A stretch of DNA of 32,000 nt from Allobaculum fili (GTDB taxonomy: Bacteria; Bacillota_I; Bacilli_A; Erysipelotrichales; Erysipelotrichaceae), in the NCBI RefSeq assembly GCF_020969955.1, contig NZ_JAHDSX010000004.1:60705-92704 (forward strand), in the 5' to 3' direction. Of the stretch, positions 8,710-16,259 are shown piece after piece. Numbering within the stretch: position 1 is the first letter of the stretch; each line of letters begins with the position of its first letter. Made by a program: the position numbers and the translations under genes. The notes beneath the pieces are model-generated. The model saw nothing but the letters and a program-made list of their open reading frames with translations. It had not been told where the DNA came from and did not search any database.

Positions 8710-8844
8710 CCCTGTCCTATGGACAGACAAAACAGAGTGTTCCCGATTACAGTACAGTTCTTCTTTTTCTAAAACGCTCTCGTGTCTGATCCGTGTAAAT
8801 GAGACACTACCTGTATCAACTATCCGCTGCAGGAGGTAATCAAC

Positions 8845-9204
8845 ATGACAAGTCGCCGTTTTACTGATGAGGAGATCAGACTCCTCGAAGCCAATCCCAA
8901 TACTCAGTTCGTTTCCGATTCCATGATCCGTTTCACCCAGGAATTCAAAGACGAACTCTGGCAGGCTCTTCAAAATGGATCCAGCCCTAAAGCCTTCTTC
9001 AGGAATAAGGGGTATGATCCCAAAATTCTTGGAGATTCCAGAATCTATAACGCTGCAGACAGGTTAGCCCGTAAGAAAGCTAAGCAGACCGTTTCTCCAG
9101 ACCAGTCAAAGGATGTTGAAAGCCTTTCTGCTGAGATCAGAAGTCTAAAAGCAGAGCTGAATGCTCTAAAAAAAATTATCTTACTGGCCAATTCCAGGAA
9201 GTAG
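8845..9204 (+). CDS. IS3-family transposase OrfA (HTH plus leucine-zipper-like C-terminus)
   Basis: 119 aa. The RFTDEEIRLLEANPN..IRFTQEFK pattern is typical of IS3/IS150-group OrfA, and the coiled-coil tail is LSAEIRSLKAELNALKKIILL. A GGAGG SD lies upstream. Confidence 0.85.
   Translation: MTSRRFTDEEIRLLEANPNTQFVSDSMIRFTQEFKDELWQALQNGSSPKAFFRNKGYDPKILGDSRIYNAADRLARKKAKQTVSPDQSKDVESLSAEIRSLKAELNALKKIILLANSRK
9168..9174 (+). promoter_or_regulatory. Programmed -1 ribosomal frameshift heptamer A_AAA_AAA (orfA to orfB fusion)
   Basis: In the orfA frame the sequence reads ct[A AAA AAA] att. orfB is in the -1 phase (8845 mod 3 = 1, 9216 mod 3 = 0). The -1 frame is open from the heptamer through ATG 9216. 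Confidence 0.7.
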
Positions 9205-9215
9205 AGGCACTTGTC

Positions 9216-10172
9216 ATGAATGTACCCAGCAGTAGATTTCGGCTGATTCAGTCAATCTGCAGTGATCCGGATAACCATATGTCTGTCTCTGAGCTCTGCG
9301 CCCTGAACAATGTCAGCCGCTCTGGTTATTACAACTGGCTGAAACAGGAAGAAGCCCGGAGAGCCCGTGAAGAGCAGGATCGCAAAGACTTTGAGCTAAT
9401 TCTTGGAGTGTTTACCTCAAACCGATATCCAAGAGGAGCACAGGGCATTTACATGGGTTTGCAGCACCAGGGGATTACGATGAACCTCAAGAAAATCAGA
9501 CGTCTTATGAAGAAATTCCATCTTGTCTGCCCGATACGTAAGGCAAATCCGTACCGCCGTATGGCCAAAGCACTGAAAACCAGTAATGTCGCACCTGACC
9601 TGGTAAAGCGGGAATTTGAGCTGCATGGTCCCCACTCAATCCTTCTGACAGACATTACTTATATCCAGTATTCCGGATCCGCCTGCTATCTCTCAACAAT
9701 TCTGGATGCGTATACCAAGCAGATTCTGGCATGGCGTCTCAGCCCTTCACTGGAAGTGGATTTCGTCATGGAAACGGTCAAAGATCTGATGAAGAACCAC
9801 GGATCTGAACTTAATACAGACTCCATCATTCACTCCGATCAAGGCTGCCACTATACCAGCTACAGCTTTATTGATCTGGTAAGGAGCCACAAGCTGCGCC
9901 AATCGATGAGCCGCCGTGGAAACTGCTGGGATAACGCACCAATCGAGAGTTTTCACGGCCACATGAAGGATGACCTTAAAATCAGAATCAAGGCGATGTC
10001 TTCATTCGATGAGGTAAAGGCCGCAATCACAGAATGGCTCGATTACTACAACAACAGACGTTATCAGTGGCAGCTGGCCAGGCTGGCTCCCAACGAGTTT
10101 TACCAGTACCAGGTAACAGGTGTATATCCGATTTCCGGAGTTACCGTTCCCTCAGAACACCTGGATTCCTAA
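9216..10172 (+). CDS. IS3-family transposase OrfB (rve/DDE integrase core), probably made as an OrfAB fusion
   Basis: The DDE triad context is LLTDITYIQ, IHSDQGCHYTS and WDNAPIESFHGHMK, with the C-terminal YNNRRYQ motif typical of IS3 transposases. Confidence 0.9.
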   Translation: MNVPSSRFRLIQSICSDPDNHMSVSELCALNNVSRSGYYNWLKQEEARRAREEQDRKDFELILGVFTSNRYPRGAQGIYMGLQHQGITMNLKKIRRLMKKFHLVCPIRKANPYRRMAKALKTSNVAPDLVKREFELHGPHSILLTDITYIQYSGSACYLSTILDAYTKQILAWRLSPSLEVDFVMETVKDLMKNHGSELNTDSIIHSDQGCHYTSYSFIDLVRSHKLRQSMSRRGNCWDNAPIESFHGHMKDDLKIRIKAMSSFDEVKAAITEWLDYYNNRRYQWQLARLAPNEFYQYQVTGVYPISGVTVPSEHLDS

Positions 10173-10276
10173 GGAGTTCTGAGGGGAAAAATCGGCGGTG
10201 CCCCTCCCGGAAGACCCAGTGCAGTTCGCTTAACCAAAAGACCAGTCATTGACCAGAGGTAAAGATACAGATAGTT

Positions 10277-10312
10277 TTACTCTCTTTTAAATTGTCCTTG
10301 ACTTGGGGTACC
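10277..10312 (+). repeat. Putative right inverted repeat of the IS3-family element
   Basis: See the left IR entry. It contains TTACTCTCT...TGTCC...GGTACC, the inverted counterpart of the left end. Confidence 0.45.
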
Positions 10313-11009
10313 CTTCATACCACTTCTCATACCACTTCCTTTCTGCTTGTTCGAGTTTTTTTAACAGAAGATTCTCCCTTCGCAGAAGTTCATTTTCTGA
10401 CTCCAGCTGTTTGATTCGTCGTGAAGCCATTTCCTCATTTGTCAGATCCGCTTCCTGCTTTCGCTTTCCTCGATGGTCTTCCAGCGCTTCGTTGCCCTGG
10501 CTGGCAGCCTTCCGGACCCAGTTATAAATCTGTGTATACGTGCAGCCAAAATGATGAGCGGTTTTCTGATAATCCTTATCATTTTCAAGACACCACTTTA
10601 CCGCTTCGATTTTCTGCTCTTTGGTGAATGATTTTGCGGATTGCTTCTTCTTACGATTTGCCACTTTAGTTCCTCCTTTATTTGGAGAAATAGTATCGGC
10701 TTTCATCCAGTCTCGGATTACTGAGACAGCAGAAATATGATATTTCAGACAGAGTTGACTCAAAGATGCTTGCCCTGAACGATATTCCGCAATCACTTTC
10801 TGTTTCAGCTCAGAAGAATATTCTTTATTTACGCTAGGTGTGATCAATCCCGTGGCAGCATCACGCATATAGATCCCAACCCATTTGGTGATCGTGTGCG
10901 GATCAAGAATGCCGTACTGTTTGCAGAGTTCACCAGACCCCACACCGGAGATATATTGTTGAACACATTCCAGCTTGGTTTCAGGAGAAAATTTGGATTT
11001 TCGTCCCAT
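10287..11009 (-). CDS. IS150-group (IS3 family) OrfA-like multi-HTH protein whose 3' end reads into the neighbouring IS
   Basis: 240 aa with repeated HTH units (PETKLECVQQY..., ELKQKVIAEYRSGQASLSQLC..., EQKIEAVKWCLEN...TQIYNWV) and a leucine-zipper tail (IKQLESENELLRRENLLLKKLEQ) resembling IS150 OrfA. No orfB follows. Confidence 0.75.
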   Translation of the reverse strand: MGRKSKFSPETKLECVQQYISGVGSGELCKQYGILDPHTITKWVGIYMRDAATGLITPSVNKEYSSELKQKVIAEYRSGQASLSQLCLKYHISAVSVIRDWMKADTISPNKGGTKVANRKKKQSAKSFTKEQKIEAVKWCLENDKDYQKTAHHFGCTYTQIYNWVRKAASQGNEALEDHRGKRKQEADLTNEEMASRRIKQLESENELLRRENLLLKKLEQAERKWYEKWYEGYPKSRTI

Positions 11010-11078
11010 AAGAAAAGCTCCCTTTCTAGAAGAACACGTTTGTATAATTCACGTGTCTGTTCGCCGGGGAGCTTATCA
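10313..11078 (-). mobile_element. Truncated IS150-like element remnant (orfA only, orfB and the distal end missing)
   Basis: The orfA-like gene has an A_AAA_AAA heptamer (10362-10356, minus strand) but no transposase core downstream. The outer end is guessed at the TGATAAGCTCCCC... sequence (complement of about 11066-11078), and I could not verify this. Confidence 0.45.
10315..10338. repeat. Perfect tandem duplication of a 12-mer (TCATACCACTTC x2) at the IS-IS junction
   Basis: Read directly: 10315-10326 is identical to 10327-10338. On the minus strand it encodes the repeated EKWY-EKWY. Confidence 0.9.
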
Positions 11079-11540
11079 AACTGCTTCCGCAGAAGTGGGC
11101 ATGCGTTCTTCTTTCTGAGTTTTATTTTTTATGGTCTGGAAGACGATTTTTGCGGACAGGTTCTAAGCCGAATCGAGCACGTAAATCATCCGATTCGTAC
11201 AATGGATAGCCCGGCTGAGGAAGGGGCAAAAAGGGCATGGGCTTTCAATTTTTTCAATGTCTGGCGTGAGAATTTCGAATCCTGTAAAGAAGAATGGCCG
11301 GAACGTATAAAGATTTACCATTGTTCGAAAAGATTACAGTAAATGTAAAAACAACTGTATGTAAAGGCTTACAGATATTTACACTTTTGTGCAGTCCGAA
11401 GAAAGCGCATAAAGACACCCTGTGTTAAGTTGGACTAACCGCGTGAACGGGCCGGCCAATTGAATTCACTTTCAAAAAGAATTGCGTTGCGTCATAATAA
11501 ACACGTATGTAGATACATTCAAAAGGAGGAAATACTCTAC

Positions 11541-14500
11541 ATGGCAGAAAAAGTAGAAAAAATTTTCCAGTCCATGGATGGTAACACAGCTGCTGCCCAT
11601 AACGCCTATGCGCTGACGGACATGAGCTGCATTTACCCGATCACACCATCTTCCCCGATGGCTGAATCCATGGATGCCTGGGCTAGCCAGGGCCGCAAGA
11701 ACACTTTCGGTGAAGTCGTTAAAATTGCGGAACTGCAGTCTGAAGCCGGTGCATCCGGTGCCGTTCACGGTGCTGCACAGGCCGGTGTTCTCCCAACAAC
11801 ATTTACCGCATCTCAGGGTCTTCTTCTGATGATCCCGAATATTTACAAATGGGTTGGTGAAAACCTTCCAGTTGTACTTCACGTTGCGGCTCGTTCCCTT
11901 GCAAGCCGTTCTCTGAACATTTTCGGTGACCACTCTGACGTATATGCTGTTCGTCAGACCGGTATCCCAATGCTGGCCAGCCATTCCGTACAGGAAGTCA
12001 TGGACCTTGCCGGTGTTGCTCACCTTGCCGCCATCAAGGCCCATACACCGTTCCTTCACTTCTTCGACGGTTTCAGAACTTCTCACGAAGTAGACAAGAT
12101 CGAAGTTTTCGATACAGACAAATACAAAGATCTGATCGACTACGAAGCTCTTGCTGAATTCAAGAAAAACGCTATGCAGCCGCATACGAACCCTGTTACA
12201 CGCGGTGCCAACGAAAACGATGACATCTTCTTCCAGGGCGTAGAAGCTCGCAACGCACACTATGCAAACGTACCTGCAATCGTAGCTGACTACATGAAGA
12301 AAATCAGCGAGATCACAGGCCGTGAATATGCTCCTTTCACTTACTATGGTGATCCAGAAGCAGAAAACATCATCATCGCTATGGGTTCTGTAACCGAGAC
12401 CGCTAAGGAAACCATCGATGAACTGAACAAAGCCGGTGAAAAAGTCGGCATGATCAAAGTTCATCTGTTCCGTCCGTTCTCCACAGAATACCTGGTTGAC
12501 GTTCTTCCTTCCACCGTTAAGAAAATTGCTGTTCTTGACCGTTCCAAAGAAGGCGGCGCCCTCGGCGAACCTCTGTACCTCGATGTTGTAGCTGCTCTCA
12601 AGGACAAAGACATCCAGATCATCGGCGGACGCTATGGTCTTGGAAGCCACGATACAGCTCCAAAACACATCAAGGCTGTATTCGATCACCTCAAAGGCGA
12701 CGAACTCAAAAACGGATTCACCCTCGGTATCGTGGACGATGTTACCAACACATCCCTCCCGTTCGATGATTCCTTCGTAATTGATGACGGCAAGACAACC
12801 GAGTGCCTCTTCTGGGGTCTTGGATCTGACGGTACTGTATCCGCCAACAAGTCTTCCATCAAAATCATCGGTGACAACACCGACATGTACGCTCAGGGCT
12901 ACTACGCTTACGACTCCAAGAAGGCCGGCGGCGTAACGCGTTCCCACCTGCGTTTCGGAAGCGAACCAATCCATAAAACGTACTACATCAACAACGCCGA
13001 CTTCATTTCCGTATCTCTGGACTCCTACATGTTCAAATACGATCTGGCCAACAACCTGAAGAAAGGCGGAACCTTCCTGCTCAACACTTCCTTTGACAAG
13101 GACGAAATCGTTAAGCACATGCCTAACCGTCTGAAAAAGGAACTCGCTGACAAGGATGCTAAGTTCTACATCATCGATGCCAACAAGATTGCCGGCGAAA
13201 TCGGAATGGGTCGTCGTACCAACACCATTCTGCAGTCTGCATTCTTCGCGCTGAACCCTCAGATTCTGCCATACGACACAGCTGTTGATCTGATGAAGAA
13301 AGCAGCGAAGAAATCCTATGGCAAGAAGGGCGACGATATCGTTCAGCTCAACTACAAAGCCATCGACATGGGTAAAGACGGACTTGTTGAAGTTGCAGTA
13401 GACAAAGCCTGGTCTGACCTGCCTGTAAGCGAACTCCGTCAGCCGACCGGCAACGCTTACTGGGATGAATATGCAGCTCGCATCAACGGCCTCGAAGGCT
13501 ACAACATGCCTGTTTCCTCCTTCACCAAACACGGTGTTCTTGACGGAACCATGCAGAACAACGCTGCATTCAACGAAAAACGTGCCATCGCCGTTAAAGT
13601 TCCGGAATGGGATCCTGAAAACTGCATTCAGTGCGGATTCTGCTCCTTCGTCTGCCCGCATGCTACAATCCGTATCTTCGCGCTGACACCGGAAGAAGTA
13701 AAAGACGCTCCGATGGAATTCGCTACGCTGCCTCTGATGGGCAAGAAAGATACCGACCTGCGTTTCCGCGTTCAGGTATCTCCAAGCAACTGCGTAGGCT
13801 GCGGTCTGTGCGTTTCTGAGTGCCCGGGCAAAAAAGGCAACAAAGCCCTCAAGATGGTTGATGTCAACTCCCAGCTCGAGTACGATCCGCTGGCTGACTA
13901 CCTCTTCAAGCACACCGAATACAAATCCGATCTGTTCCCGAAATCCACAATCAAGGGTTCCCAGTTCCAGATGCCTTACTTCGAAGTACCTGGATCCTGC
14001 CCAGGATGCGGTGAAACGCCTTACTACCGTCTGGCTTCCCAGCTCTTCGGTAAAGACATGCAGATTGCCAACGCTACAGGATGCTCGTCCATCTACTGCG
14101 GTGCCAACCCGTCTACTCCGTTCGTAAAAGACAAAGACGGCAACGGAACTGCATGGGCAAACTCCCTGTTCGAAGACAACGCTGAATTCGGTTACGGTAT
14201 GGCTCTTGCCAACAACCTGAACAAGGCGAAGATCCTGAAGATCATGGAAGACAACCTGGATAAGGTTGCTCCGGAACTGAAGGAAAAAATGGAAGCGTAC
14301 ATCGCTGCAGGCAACGATCGCGACAAACAGAGAGCTCTTGAACCAGAAATCAAGAAACTCGTCGCAGAAGCTGACTACGATGAAGACGTTAAGTCCCTCG
14401 CTGGATATGACCTGGTTGACAAGTCCAACTGGATCGTCGGCGGCGACGGATGGGCTTACGATATCGGATACGGCGGACTTGACCACGTTCTGGCGAACAA

Positions 14501-15074
14501 CGTAAACGTAAACGTCCTCGTTCTGGATACCGAAGTTTACTCCAACACAGGCGGACAGGCTTCCAAGTCTACTCCGAGATCCTCTGTTGCTAAATTCGCT
14601 GCTGGCGGTAAGACCACTGCGAAGAAAGACCTTGGCCAGATTGCCATGACTTACGGACACGTATATGTTGCTTCCGTCTGCATGGGTGCTGACAAGAACC
14701 AGACTCTGAAAGCCTTCCAGGAAGCTGAAGCTTACGATGGACCATCCCTGATCATCGCTTACGCACCTTGCGCTGAGCACGGTATCAAGGGCGGCCTCGG
14801 CAACCATCAGCAGGTTCAGAGAGAAGCTGTTGAATGCGGATATGTTGACCTGTACCGTTACAACCCGGAAAACAAGGAACACCCGCTCACAATTGACTCC
14901 AAGAAAGAACCTGACTACTCCAAGATGGAAGCCTTCATGCTCAAGGAAGCTCGCTATGCACAGCTGGCTAAACTGAAAGGCAAAGAAGAATCCGATGCAA
15001 TGTTCGCAAAAGCTGCTGCTGATGCAAAACGTCGCAGAGATCGTCTGAAAGCCATCGAAAAAGAAGGACTCTAA
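11541..15074 (+). CDS. nifJ: Pyruvate:ferredoxin (flavodoxin) oxidoreductase, single-polypeptide PFOR
   Basis: About 1177 aa from ATG 11541, with AAGGAGG 9 nt upstream. Two 4Fe-4S motifs are present (CIQCGFCSFVCPHA, CVGCGLCVSECP), plus the TPP-binding GGDGWAYDIGYGGLDH and the N-terminal ...IYPITPSSPMAE. Confidence 0.93.
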   Translation: MAEKVEKIFQSMDGNTAAAHNAYALTDMSCIYPITPSSPMAESMDAWASQGRKNTFGEVVKIAELQSEAGASGAVHGAAQAGVLPTTFTASQGLLLMIPNIYKWVGENLPVVLHVAARSLASRSLNIFGDHSDVYAVRQTGIPMLASHSVQEVMDLAGVAHLAAIKAHTPFLHFFDGFRTSHEVDKIEVFDTDKYKDLIDYEALAEFKKNAMQPHTNPVTRGANENDDIFFQGVEARNAHYANVPAIVADYMKKISEITGREYAPFTYYGDPEAENIIIAMGSVTETAKETIDELNKAGEKVGMIKVHLFRPFSTEYLVDVLPSTVKKIAVLDRSKEGGALGEPLYLDVVAALKDKDIQIIGGRYGLGSHDTAPKHIKAVFDHLKGDELKNGFTLGIVDDVTNTSLPFDDSFVIDDGKTTECLFWGLGSDGTVSANKSSIKIIGDNTDMYAQGYYAYDSKKAGGVTRSHLRFGSEPIHKTYYINNADFISVSLDSYMFKYDLANNLKKGGTFLLNTSFDKDEIVKHMPNRLKKELADKDAKFYIIDANKIAGEIGMGRRTNTILQSAFFALNPQILPYDTAVDLMKKAAKKSYGKKGDDIVQLNYKAIDMGKDGLVEVAVDKAWSDLPVSELRQPTGNAYWDEYAARINGLEGYNMPVSSFTKHGVLDGTMQNNAAFNEKRAIAVKVPEWDPENCIQCGFCSFVCPHATIRIFALTPEEVKDAPMEFATLPLMGKKDTDLRFRVQVSPSNCVGCGLCVSECPGKKGNKALKMVDVNSQLEYDPLADYLFKHTEYKSDLFPKSTIKGSQFQMPYFEVPGSCPGCGETPYYRLASQLFGKDMQIANATGCSSIYCGANPSTPFVKDKDGNGTAWANSLFEDNAEFGYGMALANNLNKAKILKIMEDNLDKVAPELKEKMEAYIAAGNDRDKQRALEPEIKKLVAEADYDEDVKSLAGYDLVDKSNWIVGGDGWAYDIGYGGLDHVLANNVNVNVLVLDTEVYSNTGGQASKSTPRSSVAKFAAGGKTTAKKDLGQIAMTYGHVYVASVCMGADKNQTLKAFQEAEAYDGPSLIIAYAPCAEHGIKGGLGNHQQVQREAVECGYVDLYRYNPENKEHPLTIDSKKEPDYSKMEAFMLKEARYAQLAKLKGKEESDAMFAKAAADAKRRRDRLKAIEKEGL

Positions 15075-15110
15075 GTCGAACGTTTCGCTGAATCCTACTG
15101 AATAAACAAC

Positions 15111-15152
15111 TGGACCGATTCTTTTCGTAAGAAACGGTCCTTTTGTCGTTTT
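15111..15152 (+). terminator. Candidate Rho-independent terminator of nifJ
   Basis: GGACCG (15112-15117) pairs with CGGTCC (15135-15140), followed by TTTTGTCGTTTT. Confidence 0.55.
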
Positions 15153-15273
15153 CTGAAAAATCAGTCCATTCGCGGATCGGAAAAGCGGGTAGGCTGATGT
15201 GTAAGTCTGTGGTATAAATTCCGTATGCGGATAGATTTGAAATCCATATCCGATACAAAGAGGAATCTGAGAT

Positions 15274-15879
15274 ATGAAACGAAACAGAGACGTTTTAAAA
15301 CGAGATAAAAAGAAATACAGAACATCGTCGACACAGCGGCTGAGGGCACTTTCGCTGTGTCTGTGCGGTGCGCTCATTCTTATGAGCGGCTGTTCGAATG
15401 CATCGTCCAGTACGAACACGGCCAGTTCTTCGAGCAGTGTCTCCAGCGCACAGACCCAAACTCCAAAATTGGGCTCGAGCGAGGATTCGGGTACAGAGAA
15501 AGGGAAGACCGGCAAACGGGTTCGCCTTACACTCGATCAGGCTCTGACAAAGAAAAATAAGGATGAGCAGTTTGTTCTGCTCTATGTCAAGGACGACTGT
15601 TCGTACTGTGCCGAGTTCGATACCGTCCTCAATGAATTTCTGAAAGACCACCCGCTGACGGTTTATGAAGTATCTCTGACCCAGGCAGAAGAAATGTACA
15701 TTCCGGAAGATCGGGAAACGATGCTCGAGTATCTGACCGCCGGCGTCGGTCGAACACCTGCGCTCTATTACATTGAGTCTCAGGATAAGGTCAATCTTCT
15801 CGACCATACCGCAGATAATTATTCTCTCGACGGACTCAGACAGTTTGTAGAAAAATACGATCTGGAACGGCTGAACTAG
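15274..15879 (+). CDS. Thioredoxin-fold lipoprotein (CxxC)
   Basis: A basic N-terminus and hydrophobic stretch end in the lipobox LMSG|C. An S/T-rich linker follows, then a thioredoxin-like core VLLYVKDDCSYCAEFDTVLNEF with CSYC. Confidence 0.75.
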   Translation: MKRNRDVLKRDKKKYRTSSTQRLRALSLCLCGALILMSGCSNASSSTNTASSSSSVSSAQTQTPKLGSSEDSGTEKGKTGKRVRLTLDQALTKKNKDEQFVLLYVKDDCSYCAEFDTVLNEFLKDHPLTVYEVSLTQAEEMYIPEDRETMLEYLTAGVGRTPALYYIESQDKVNLLDHTADNYSLDGLRQFVEKYDLERLN

Positions 15880-15892
15880 CCGTTCTTTTTAT
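15865..15892 (+). terminator. Rho-independent terminator of the thioredoxin-like gene (stop codon lies in the loop)
   Basis: GAACGGC (15865-15871) pairs with GCCGTTC (15879-15885), followed by TTTTTA. Confidence 0.65.
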
Positions 15893-16139
15893 TTGAGCGC
15901 AAGAAGGCGGGAACTGGTAAGCCGTTCTAATCAAAATCGACAGCGACAAGTCCAGTGCAATTTTGAAAAACTGTGAAATAAAACTGCATACGCGTGATAA
16001 AAAATGGAAAAGACTGTAAAAAGATGAATTTGTATACCAGTCGCTGAACGTATGTGCAGGATAAATAGACACGAACATTTGCACTATTTGTAAAAATTAA
16101 TAAAAATCCTTACCGATTCAATACATTTTACACTTTTTG

Positions 16140-16153
16140 TGAAAGCGCTTTTT
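16140..16153 (+). promoter_or_regulatory. cre-like (CcpA-type catabolite-responsive element) candidate upstream of the GH31 gene
   Basis: TGAAAGCGCTTTTT matches the consensus TGWAANCGNTNWCA at 12 of 14 positions (the terminal CA is missing). It lies about 105 nt upstream of the GTG start, and a TAAAAT -10-like hexamer sits at 16172-16177. Confidence 0.3.
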
Positions 16154-16259
16154 TCCGTTTTAACTATTGTTTAAAATAGTCGTAGGTCTCAGACCGCTTT
16201 CAGTTTTCCGGATTCGGGCAAATTATGACGGAAAACAAACCTAAGAAAGGAAGGATTCT

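Larger units (their letters stand above)
8675..10312 (+). mobile_element. IS3-family insertion sequence, apparently complete (orfA/orfB, frameshift site, imperfect terminal IRs)
   Basis: Two overlapping-phase ORFs with an IS3 layout. Terminal segments share GTACC..GGACA..AGAGAGTAA in inverted orientation, and the left end starts with TG. Ends are uncertain by about 10 bp. Confidence 0.72.

Noticed and set aside
10896-11342. 148-aa plus-strand ORF, considered as a possible C-terminal remnant of the truncated channel gene
   Set aside because: Its first third is antisense to the IS150-like orfA. The remainder (…GQVLSRIEHVNHPIRTMDSPAEEG…) shows no RCK-like pattern that I can recognise, has no SD and has the wrong length for the missing roughly 200 aa. 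It would need TBLASTN against full-length channel homologues to settle.
11460-11540. Upstream extension of the nifJ ORF (track start 11460)
   Set aside because: A strong AAGGAGG SD sits 9 nt before ATG 11541, and the PFOR N-terminal consensus begins there. The extension has no homologous counterpart.
11472-15515. 1,347-aa ORF on the minus strand, the longest ORF in the window after the GH31 gene
   Set aside because: It is exactly codon-aligned antisense to nifJ, a confidently identified PFOR with all its cofactor motifs. It has no SD or sensible start context, and its product is V/F/S/G-rich as expected from reverse-complemented codons. It is explained by the absence of TTA/CTA/TCA codons in nifJ.
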